Assembly: GCA_046331705.1 (NCBI GenBank)
Contig: JAXLQJ010000017.1
Location: 62,001 to 126,000, forward strand
Direction: 5' to 3'
From: a bacterium
GTDB taxonomy: Bacteria; JADJOY01
Length of the DNA: 64,000 bases
Under the pieces are notes generated by a model. It did no database searches. It was not told the origin of the DNA and saw only the letters and a list, made by a program, of their open reading frames with translations. Shown here one piece after another: positions 40,213-48,337 of the stretch. Each line of letters opens with the position of its first letter. Position 1 is the stretch's first letter. Made by a program: the position numbers and the translations under genes.

Positions 40213-40634
40213 GGACTGGGAGCGTCTCCCGTCTCTCGCAACCGTTCCAGGATCAGGCCGTAGAAGACGGAGCCGGCGCTGGATCGGTAGCGCCAGCCGA
40301 GCTGCACGCCGCAACGGGCGCACGAAGCGACCGTCCACGCGAAGCTGCGAAACCACGTGTAGGCCGACGTCTCCTCGCCGAGAAGGACGACCCCCGGCGC
40401 GGCGGCGAAACACCCGATCTCGAAGCGGATGCCCTCGGGGTTGGCGAACACGTGCGCGTGCGAGCCGAAGCGCTCGGTACGCGCCGCGGCGGTGGTGATG
40501 GCGTGGCCGCACGCGACGCACACCAGCGCCGCGGGATGGGCGGGAGCGTGCTCGCGCTCCCGGATCGGGACGAGCGCGCCCGTGGGCTCGCGCCGCACGC
40601 CGCGATCGAACACCTGGAAGGGAAACTGAAACAC
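40209..40634 (-). CDS. Cereblon family (CULT / thalidomide-binding domain) protein
   Basis: CVAC...FANPEG..F...YTWFRSFAW...CARCGVQLGWRY...FYGL: two Zn CxxC pairs and three cage Trp. Confidence 0.9.
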   Translation of the reverse strand: MFQFPFQVFDRGVRREPTGALVPIREREHAPAHPAALVCVACGHAITTAAARTERFGSHAHVFANPEGIRFEIGCFAAAPGVVLLGEETSAYTWFRSFAWTVASCARCGVQLGWRYRSSAGSVFYGLILERLRETGDAPSP

Positions 40635-40784
40635 GTTTCAGCGCCTTGCTCGGGGGGAAGGCTCGACGTAGCCTAGCGCGCGAGTCACAACCTCCTGCAG
40701 CCTCGCGGTTCGTGGCACGGCGATCCGGGCGGCTCGTCGCCGGGGTGAGCTCGCCCCACGGCCTTGCCCCGAGGAGATCGTCCC

Positions 40785-42173
40785 ATGTCGCTCAAGCTTC
40801 CCACCCCACGGGATCCCGAATACTGGGATCGCGGCAAGCTGGTCGCCGAGGAGAAGCGGGTCTTCGAGATCTGCAACGGCTGCCGGCTCTGCTTCAACCT
40901 CTGCCCTTCTTTTCCGGCGCTGTTCAAGGCCGTCGACGCGCTCGACGTGAGCGACGAGTCGCACGCGTCGGGTCACTCCGCGCAGTCGCAGGGTGATGGC
41001 GGTCACGGCCAGCATCACGTCGCCGAGGTACGAGCGGACGTCAAGGGCCAAGTCGAGGCACTGGAGCGGCTGCCCCCGAGCGTGACGCAGGAAGTCGTCG
41101 ATCTCTGCTACCAGTGCAAGCTCTGCGACCCGATCTGCCCGTATCAGCCGCCTCACGAGTTCGCGGTGGACTTCCCGCGACTCATGCTCCGCCACAAGGC
41201 GATCGATGCCAAGCAGCACGGGGTCAAGCTCGCCGATCGCCTGCTGGGCGATCCCGATCTGGTGGGTCGCATCGGCACCCTCACCCCCGCGCTCGCGAAC
41301 CTGGGCTCCAAGCTCGCGCTGGGGCGGTTCGGCATGGAGAAGGTGCTGGGCGTGCACCGCAATCGGAAGCTCCCCGAGTTCGCGTCCGAGACCTTCCTCG
41401 CGTGGTTCCGCAAGCGGCATCCCACTCGACCGCGTCCCGAGGACGTGTCCGGCCCCAAGGTCGTGCTCTTTTACACGTGCTCGGTCCAGTGGAACGTCCC
41501 GAAGGTCGGACGAGCCGCGGTCGAGGTGCTGGAGCGAAACGGCATCACCGTGTTCGCGCCCGAGCTCAAATGCTGCGGCATGCCGGCCCTCGACGGCGGC
41601 GACGTGCCGCGCGCCACGTCCTGGGCGGAGCACAACATCGCGACGCTGCTGCCCTACGTCGAGGCCGGCTGCGACGTTCTCTCACCGGGCCCCACGTGCT
41701 CCTTCATGATGAAGAAGGAGTGGCCGGAATACGTGGGCAGCGAGGCGGCCGAGAAGGTCGCCAAGCGCTCGTTCGACCTCATGGAGTACCTCTTCCTGCT
41801 GCGCAAGGACGGCAAGCTGAAGGAGGACTGGAGCGTCGACGTGGGCACGATCGGCTACCACGTGCCCTGCCATCTCAAGATCCAGAAGATCGGCTTTCGC
41901 AGCCGCGACGTCATGAAGCGCCTGCCCGGCGCCGAGATCACGCTGGTCGACAAGTGCTCGTGCATGGACGGCACCTGGGGGATGAAGACCGAGTACTACG
42001 AGCTCTCGAAGAAGGGCGCGGCGCCGCTGCTCCAGCAGCTGACCGAGAGCCAGCCGAAGACGCTCGCGTCGGATTGTCTCATCGCCAAGCTGCAGATCGA
42101 GGAGGGCACCGGCCAAGAGGTGCTCCACCCGATCGAGATCGTGTGGAAGGCGTACGGCGGCAGCGTCGAATGA
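40785..42173 (+). CDS. Fe-S oxidoreductase (GlpC/HdrD-like; rubrerythrin-associated RFO type)
   Basis: GAGGAG SD; CNGCRLCFNLC, CYQCKLCDPICPY, CCGMP, HVPCH, CSCMDGTWG. Confidence 0.88.
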   Translation: MSLKLPTPRDPEYWDRGKLVAEEKRVFEICNGCRLCFNLCPSFPALFKAVDALDVSDESHASGHSAQSQGDGGHGQHHVAEVRADVKGQVEALERLPPSVTQEVVDLCYQCKLCDPICPYQPPHEFAVDFPRLMLRHKAIDAKQHGVKLADRLLGDPDLVGRIGTLTPALANLGSKLALGRFGMEKVLGVHRNRKLPEFASETFLAWFRKRHPTRPRPEDVSGPKVVLFYTCSVQWNVPKVGRAAVEVLERNGITVFAPELKCCGMPALDGGDVPRATSWAEHNIATLLPYVEAGCDVLSPGPTCSFMMKKEWPEYVGSEAAEKVAKRSFDLMEYLFLLRKDGKLKEDWSVDVGTIGYHVPCHLKIQKIGFRSRDVMKRLPGAEITLVDKCSCMDGTWGMKTEYYELSKKGAAPLLQQLTESQPKTLASDCLIAKLQIEEGTGQEVLHPIEIVWKAYGGSVE

Positions 42174-42217
42174 GGCCGCGCCGCGCGGGATCGCACTGAA
42201 TCGAGGGATCGCACCGT

Positions 42218-42811
42218 ATGAGCCGCATCAGCATGGACGACATCCTGCCGCTCGAGCGCTTCGTCGCCGAGCGGCCCAAGCACCTGGCGGAGATCACGCG
42301 CATCAAGGCCGACCGGCGGCTAGCGCTCGGCCCGATCATCACGCTGCTCTTCGAGAACCGCGCGACGGTGCTGTGGCAGATCCACGAGATGTGCCGGGTC
42401 GAGAACATCCGCGAGCTGGGCGCGGTCAAGCACGAGGTCGAGACCTACGGCGCGCTGCTGCCGGGAGAGCGCGAGCTCTCCACCACGCTCATGGTCGAGG
42501 TCGAGGACCCCGGCGAGCGCGCCGAGTGGCTCTCCAAGCTCTACGGCCTGCACCAGCACGTGCGCCTCGAGATCGACTCGGAGCCGTCGGTCGCCGGCCG
42601 CTTCGAGCTGGGCCGCGAGGAAGAAGCAGGACGCCGCATCTCGGCCGTCCAGTTCGTGCGCTTCCAGCTCAGCGAAGCGCAGATGATGGCCATCCTGAAC
42701 CTCACCCGCCGCGCGGAGCTGGTGGTGGATCATCCGAGCTATCACGCGCGCGCCGAGCTGACCGGCGCCCTGCGCGAGGCGCTGGTCGACGATCTGCTGG
42801 AAAGCGAATGA
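42218..42811 (+). CDS. DUF3501 family protein
   Basis: LLFENRATVLWQIHEMCRVE, SAVQFVRF, VDHPSY; usual position after RFO. Confidence 0.85.
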   Translation: MSRISMDDILPLERFVAERPKHLAEITRIKADRRLALGPIITLLFENRATVLWQIHEMCRVENIRELGAVKHEVETYGALLPGERELSTTLMVEVEDPGERAEWLSKLYGLHQHVRLEIDSEPSVAGRFELGREEEAGRRISAVQFVRFQLSEAQMMAILNLTRRAELVVDHPSYHARAELTGALREALVDDLLESE

Positions 42812-42817
42812 CGCGCC

Positions 42818-45214
42818 ATGCGTGAGCAGCGCGAGAGCACGATCCTCCGGCGCTTCGTGGCGCTGGTCACGGGCTACCCGAAGGCGACCATCGCCGGCGT
42901 GTTGCTGGTCACCGCGCTGCTCGGCGCCGGGCTACCCAAGGTCTACCTCTCGAACGAGCGGCGCTTGCTGCTGCCCTCGAACGATCCGCTCATCGCCATC
43001 GACAACCGGATCCTGGAGATCTACGGCGGCGGCAAGTGGACGCTGATCGGCATCGCGCCCAAGGAAGGCGACGTGTTCCAGCCGTGGGTGCTGGAACGGA
43101 TCCGCGACATCACCAAGGACCTGGGGACGATCCCGCACGTCGACGCCGACAAGGTCGTGAGCATCACCGCACGGAAGGTGAAGGCCATCGAGGCCGGCGC
43201 CGAGGGCGAGCTGGTGGTCAGCCGACTGGTCGACGCGATCCCCGAGACGCCCGAGCAGGTGGAGTCGGTGCGCCGCCACGTGATGGCGCAGCGGCTCGTG
43301 GTCGGCTCGCTGGTCTCGGTCGACGCCAAGGTCGCCGCGATCATCGCCGACATCGACGATCTCGACCCCAGCCCCGAGCTTCGCAACCTGATCCTCGACC
43401 ACCGCATTCGCGAGGTCATCGCGCGCCACGCCGATCCGCGGATGAACGTCTATCTCTCCGGGCTGCCGATCTGGAACGCCCAGATGGATCGCTACACCGA
43501 GCGCGTCATGATGCTGCTCGGCCTCGCGGTGCTGGTGATCGGCGTGGTCCATTTCGAGGCGTTCCGCACGCTGCAGGCGATGTTCCTGCCGCTGGTCACG
43601 GCCGTCATGAGCGTGGCGTGGGCGATCGGCATGCTCGGCCACCTGGGCGTGCCCATGGACGGCTGGAACTCGCTCGCGCCGTTCCTGATCCTGGCGGTCG
43701 CGGCAGGCCACGCGGTCCAGATCCTCAAACGCTACTACGAGGAGTTCCGCCGACTCGGCGACAGCCGCGCGGCGGTGGTGGAGGCCACCACCCGCGTGGG
43801 TGGCGTGATGCTCACCGCCGGACTGATCGCGTCGGCCGGCTTCCTGACGCTGACGCTCTTTCCCATCCGCAGCGTCCAGGCATTCGGCATGGTCGCGTCG
43901 TTCGGGATCGTGAGCGCGCTGATCATCGAGATGACGTTCATCCCCGCGTGCCGAATGCTGCTGCCCGCCCCCAAGTCGGGCGAGGTCCAGGCCGAGCAGC
44001 ACAGCGGATTGCTCGAGCGGGTGCTGGAACGTCTCGCGCACGCGCTCGTGAAGGCGCCCGCGCGCGTGCTGGTGATCTCGCTCGCCTTGCTGGCGTGCGT
44101 GGTGTGGGGGGCGTTTCGGGTGGAGGTCGAGAACTCCTACCGCGAGGCATACCCCGTCGACGACCCGGTGCGGATCGACGACCTGCGCCTCGACGCCCTG
44201 TTCGGCGGGCTCAACACGTTCAACGTGCTGGTCACGGCCCCGGAGCGGGACGGCCTCTACGATCCCACGCTGCTGCGCTCGATCGACGAGCTGCAGCAGT
44301 ACATCCAGCGCCTGCCTGGAGTGGGTCGCACACAGTCGATCGTCGACTACGTGAAGCAGATGAACGTGGCGCTGAACGGCGGCGACGAATCCTTCCGCGT
44401 CATCCCCGACTCGCGCGAGGCGGTCGCGCAGCTGTTCTTGCTCTACTCGGGCGACCCCGACGACTTCGACGCCGTCGTCGACCATCCCTACCAGCGCGCG
44501 GTGGTCCGGGCGTTCGCCAAGGACGATCACGCGAAGTATTGCGATCAGATCTTCAACGCCACCAAGACGTACGCCGAGAATCACTTCCCGCCGACCGTGA
44601 AGGTGGACGTGGCGGGCGGGGTCCTCGCCATCGGCAAGGCGGTCAACGACCTGGTGATCCGCGAGAAGATCCGCAACGCCGCCGTGATCTGCGGCATCAT
44701 CTGGTTGCTGGCCTCGCTGGTGCTGCGCTCGCCGATCGCGGGAGTGCTGGTGCTGATCCCCTCGGTGGTGGCGGCGCTCGGCAACGTGGGCGTGATGGGC
44801 ATCATCGGTTCCTGGCTCAACCTCGCCACCGCGACCATCACCGCGCTGACGGTGAGCATCGGCGCCGATTACTCGATCTACTTCATCTTTCGCTATCGCG
44901 AGGAGCACCGGCGGCAGCCCGACGTGCGCAAGGCCACGCTCAACACGATGCTCACCGCCGGCAAGGCGATCTTCTTCGTGGCGTCGGCCATCGCCTCCGG
45001 CTCGGCGGTGATCTGCCTGTCGCGGCTCGCGTATCACCGCCAGCTCGGCGGCTACGTCGGCCTCAGCATGGTGACCTCGGCGCTCGCCGCCGTCACGATC
45101 GTCCCCGCGCTCATCATCCTCATCCGGCCGCGCTTCCTGGAGCGCGAGGCAGCCCGTGCGCGCGCGGCGGCGGGCGACCTGAACGCAAACGACGTGGAGC
45201 GCGAGGTCGCCTGA
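42818..45214 (+). CDS. MMPL/RND family transporter
   Basis: Duplicated layout of TM + periplasmic loop + 5 TM; SIGADYSIY, TAGKAI. Confidence 0.88.
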   Translation: MREQRESTILRRFVALVTGYPKATIAGVLLVTALLGAGLPKVYLSNERRLLLPSNDPLIAIDNRILEIYGGGKWTLIGIAPKEGDVFQPWVLERIRDITKDLGTIPHVDADKVVSITARKVKAIEAGAEGELVVSRLVDAIPETPEQVESVRRHVMAQRLVVGSLVSVDAKVAAIIADIDDLDPSPELRNLILDHRIREVIARHADPRMNVYLSGLPIWNAQMDRYTERVMMLLGLAVLVIGVVHFEAFRTLQAMFLPLVTAVMSVAWAIGMLGHLGVPMDGWNSLAPFLILAVAAGHAVQILKRYYEEFRRLGDSRAAVVEATTRVGGVMLTAGLIASAGFLTLTLFPIRSVQAFGMVASFGIVSALIIEMTFIPACRMLLPAPKSGEVQAEQHSGLLERVLERLAHALVKAPARVLVISLALLACVVWGAFRVEVENSYREAYPVDDPVRIDDLRLDALFGGLNTFNVLVTAPERDGLYDPTLLRSIDELQQYIQRLPGVGRTQSIVDYVKQMNVALNGGDESFRVIPDSREAVAQLFLLYSGDPDDFDAVVDHPYQRAVVRAFAKDDHAKYCDQIFNATKTYAENHFPPTVKVDVAGGVLAIGKAVNDLVIREKIRNAAVICGIIWLLASLVLRSPIAGVLVLIPSVVAALGNVGVMGIIGSWLNLATATITALTVSIGADYSIYFIFRYREEHRRQPDVRKATLNTMLTAGKAIFFVASAIASGSAVICLSRLAYHRQLGGYVGLSMVTSALAAVTIVPALIILIRPRFLEREAARARAAAGDLNANDVEREVA

Positions 45215-45242
45215 GACGGCGAGCGGCCAGCGGAGGCGAATC

Positions 45243-45617
45243 GTGGATCGAACCTTCGTGGGGCTCGGCGCAATCCTCGGATGCTTGGGCGTGGGGCTCG
45301 GCGCCTTCGCCGCGCACGGCCTCAAGCAGCGCTTGCCGATCGAGATGCTGATCGTCTTCGAGACCGGCGTCCGCTACCACATGTATCACGCGCTCGCGCT
45401 CGTCGCCGTCGGCCTCGCGTGGAGCCGCTGGCCGGTAGCGCCGCTCGCGCTGGCCGGCTGGCTGTTCGTGGCCGGCGTGGCGATCTTCTCGGGCAGCCTC
45501 TACGCGCTCGCCACCTCGGGCGTGCGGGTGCTCGGTGCCATCACCCCGATCGGCGGCCTCGCGTTCCTGGGCGGCTGGATCGCCTTCGCCTACGGTGTGC
45601 TGAGCAGCGGCCGCTGA
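45243..45617 (+). CDS. DUF423 membrane protein
   Basis: GAFAAHGL, YHMYHALAL, FSGSLY, GAITPIGG. Confidence 0.9.
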   Translation: MDRTFVGLGAILGCLGVGLGAFAAHGLKQRLPIEMLIVFETGVRYHMYHALALVAVGLAWSRWPVAPLALAGWLFVAGVAIFSGSLYALATSGVRVLGAITPIGGLAFLGGWIAFAYGVLSSGR

Positions 45618-45629
45618 GGCGAACGCCCC

Positions 45630-46709
45630 ATGCGCATCCAGCGTGGTCGACTGTTCGGCCTCTTCGCGTTCGACATCGGGTGGGAGATCGACCTCGGCCG
45701 GCTGCGCGCGAGCCTGGGGCAGTCGCCGGACGCGGCGCAGCGACGTAGCGGTCCGGCGCTGGTCCAGTTCCACGCGCCGCCCGCCGTGGTCGAGCTTCCC
45801 CCGCAACGACTCGAGCTCGGCGGACGCCAGGTCGAGGCTCGCACCAGCCTGCGCGCCCACGCCTTCGGCGCGGCAACCGTGGTGTTCGAGGCCGCGCTCG
45901 CCGACCTCGGGCTCGACGAGCTCACGGCGATCACCGCCGAGCTCACCGGCACGAATCCGTGGGAACCGCTGGCGCGCGGCTGCTTGCGGCTCGCCCTCGA
46001 GCGCCTCGCCCCCTTCGTCGAGCGGCTGAACCCGAGCGGGCAAGGGCTGGTCGAGGACTACTACGTCGTGCAGATCGCCGCGCTCGACACCAACGAGACG
46101 GCGGCGACGTTGCTCGCGAGCGAGCGGGACCGGCTCGCGCGGATCGTTCACGGCGAGCCGAGCCCACTTTCCGCCTCGGAGATCGACGAGGTGCTGCGCA
46201 CCGCGGTCACGTACACGCCCTCCGACCTCGTCGTCACCGACTGGAACGTGGCGCTCCTCATCGACGAGGACTACGTGGATGCGGTCGCGGTCCTCGAGCT
46301 GCTGAACGTCCAGCTCCTCGAGCTGCGGTACGTGGACGCGATGCTCGATCACCGCCTGAACGCGCTCTACGAGGAGGCGGCGCGCCCGCAGCGCTTGCTC
46401 TCGTACCGGCGCGAGGCCGCGTGGGTGCGCGAGCTCACCGAGCTCCGCCTCGATGCCGTCAGCCTGCGCGAGCGCACCGCCAATGCCCTCAAGCTCACGG
46501 GCGATCTCTACCTCACCAAGATCCACGCTCGCACCGCGGAGCGGCTCCATCTGCCGACCTGGCAACGCACCGTCGACGGCAAGCTCGAGCTGCTCGAGCG
46601 CCTCACCGACGTGTTCCGCAATCGCGCCACGACCGCGCGCGCCGAGGCGCTCGAGCTCGCGATCCTGCTCTTGATCGCGCTCGAGATCGTGCTCGCGATC
46701 GCGCGTTGA
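45630..46709 (+). CDS. Hypothetical protein (RMD1/DUF155-like)
   Basis: FDIGWEIDL, DWNVAL, ELLNVQLLELRY.D..LD, GDLYL, C-terminal TM LELAILLLIALEI. Confidence 0.7.
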   Translation: MRIQRGRLFGLFAFDIGWEIDLGRLRASLGQSPDAAQRRSGPALVQFHAPPAVVELPPQRLELGGRQVEARTSLRAHAFGAATVVFEAALADLGLDELTAITAELTGTNPWEPLARGCLRLALERLAPFVERLNPSGQGLVEDYYVVQIAALDTNETAATLLASERDRLARIVHGEPSPLSASEIDEVLRTAVTYTPSDLVVTDWNVALLIDEDYVDAVAVLELLNVQLLELRYVDAMLDHRLNALYEEAARPQRLLSYRREAAWVRELTELRLDAVSLRERTANALKLTGDLYLTKIHARTAERLHLPTWQRTVDGKLELLERLTDVFRNRATTARAEALELAILLLIALEIVLAIAR

Positions 46710-46802
46710 GCGGCTCGCGGCGGCCTGACGCAACGCGTTATCGAGCGCGATCCCAAGCGCAAAACCTTCGTTGTGCCGGGCATGGCTATCGCTTATCATG
46801 AA

Positions 46803-46816
46803 GTGAATCCATTCAC
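46803..46816. promoter_or_regulatory. Palindrome GTGAAT-CC-ATTCAC upstream of the MerR-family gene
   Basis: Perfect 6-bp arms, AT-rich, about 40 nt before the ATG; a weak GG-N10-GC (46779-46792) lies just upstream. Confidence 0.45.
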
Positions 46817-46857
46817 GACAACCCAGGCAGTGCAACCGGCTGTGAAGGAGGCGAGCC

Positions 46858-47388
46858 ATGCCGAAGCGTCGCGCGAGGCTGACGGTGGGCGCTCGTAACC
46901 CCCGGCAATCCATCGACAAAAGCGGGTTCAGCGCGGGCGAGGCCGCGCGTTTGGCGGGGCTCAAGTACGCCACCCTCGCCTATTGGGACCGGAGCGGCTT
47001 CCTGAGACCGAGCGTCGCCGAGGCCCGCGGCGCGGGGAAAGGCCGCGGTCGCGTTTACTCCTTTCGCGATCTGGTGGCGCTGCGAACCGCCACGGAGCTG
47101 CGCAAGCAAGGCATCTCGCTGCAGAGCATTCGCGCCGTGGTTCGCTACCTCCAGGGGCACGGCATGGAGTCGCCGCTGGCGGAAGCCAAGCTGATCGTTC
47201 CGCCGAAATCCCGCGAGGTGCTGGTGGTTCGCGATCCCGAGCGTCTGTGGAGCGCGCTGCGCGAACCGGGCCAGGGCGTCATGCGGATGGTCGTCGAGAT
47301 CGGCATGGTGGAACGCGAGCTCCGCCGGGACCTTTCGAAGGATCTGCGCGCCGCGGAAGGCCGCGACACGCGCCGCTCGGTCGCCTGA
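46858..47388 (+). CDS. MerR-family HTH regulator (Rv1830-like)
   Basis: AAGGAGG SD; FSAGEAARLAGLKYATLAYWDRSGFLRPS...RVYSFRDLVAL...GISLQSIR. Confidence 0.85.
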   Translation: MPKRRARLTVGARNPRQSIDKSGFSAGEAARLAGLKYATLAYWDRSGFLRPSVAEARGAGKGRGRVYSFRDLVALRTATELRKQGISLQSIRAVVRYLQGHGMESPLAEAKLIVPPKSREVLVVRDPERLWSALREPGQGVMRMVVEIGMVERELRRDLSKDLRAAEGRDTRRSVA

Positions 47389-47488
47389 GCGGTGCGAGCC
47401 CACCGGGGCAAATGGTACGATTTTCGGGTTGTGTCGCACGACGCCCGGGGGGGTGCCGACGTGCGGCGCCGGGAGTCGAATCCACCCC

Positions 47489-48298
47489 ATGCCCCAGAGC
47501 GTCCGGGAACTTCTCGAGCTCGAACGTCAGCGTCGAGCCCGCATCGATCGTGCGCTGGGCGGCGTCGCGGAGGCGGTGCGCTCGATCGCGACGGCCAGCG
47601 CGCGGCTCGATCAAACGCTGCGCGATTGGTTCTCGGGCTCACCCGCTGCTGACGTCCCTGCGGCGCCCGCGAGCTCCCGCGCGGGCGCGGGCGAACCAAA
47701 CGCGGACGTGCCGGCGCGCGACGACACCGCCTGGGACGAGGCGCTCCGCAAGCTCGATGAGCTCTCCGAGGAATCGAACACGATGGCCACGCGCTTGCTC
47801 AGCGTCGTGGACATCGCCGATCAGCTCGACCGTCGGCTCGGTGCCGCCCGCGAGATCGCGGAACGCATCGACCTGCTGGCTCTGAATGCCGCGCTCGAGG
47901 CGACCCGATCGGACCCCGCGGCGCGCGGCGCCGCGCGCTCGGCGTCCGAGATTCGCGACCAGGTCGTGCGCTGGATTCGCGCCAGCCAGGAGCTCGGGCC
48001 GCTCGCGAACGAGATCCGCGAGGAGCTGGGACGTGCGGTGCTCGCCGCCGACGCCGCCCAGCGCCGCGCCACCGCGGCGCGCCAGTACGCGGCCACGGTC
48101 GAGCCGCCGCGCAGGGCCGTCGCCGGCGTGGTCCCGCACCCGAGCGCCCGCGGCGAACCCGCGCCATTCGCGTCCGCGCCGTCCGCCGCCAGCCCCGCCG
48201 ACGCGACCGACCTCACGCTCGAGCAGGCGGAGCGGATCACCACTGCGCTGGCGAACCTCGGCAGCCAGCTCGACGAGCTGCTCGGCACGCGTTCCTGA
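47489..48298 (+). CDS. Soluble, degenerate methyl-accepting chemotaxis-like protein
   Basis: IAERIDLLALNAALEATR resembles the MCP hairpin tip; coiled coil; no TM or sensor domain. Confidence 0.7.
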   Translation: MPQSVRELLELERQRRARIDRALGGVAEAVRSIATASARLDQTLRDWFSGSPAADVPAAPASSRAGAGEPNADVPARDDTAWDEALRKLDELSEESNTMATRLLSVVDIADQLDRRLGAAREIAERIDLLALNAALEATRSDPAARGAARSASEIRDQVVRWIRASQELGPLANEIREELGRAVLAADAAQRRATAARQYAATVEPPRRAVAGVVPHPSARGEPAPFASAPSAASPADATDLTLEQAERITTALANLGSQLDELLGTRS

Positions 48299-48337
48299 CG
48301 GGAGGCGCCTCTCGATGGCTGCTCGGGAGCACGCGCG

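Noticed and set aside
40713-40728. TGGCAC upstream of the Fe-S oxidoreductase as a sigma-54 promoter
   Set aside because: No GC at the -12 position (TGGCACGGCGATCCGG).
42932-46973. Long minus-strand ORFs opposite the MMPL and RMD1-like genes
   Set aside because: Shadow ORFs with no recognisable motifs.
47450-47496. tRNA/tmRNA-like string (GGGGCATGGGGTGGATTCGACTCCCGGCGCC on the minus strand)
   Set aside because: No full T-stem, cloverleaf or CCA end, no integrase nearby, and it overlaps the MCP translation start region.
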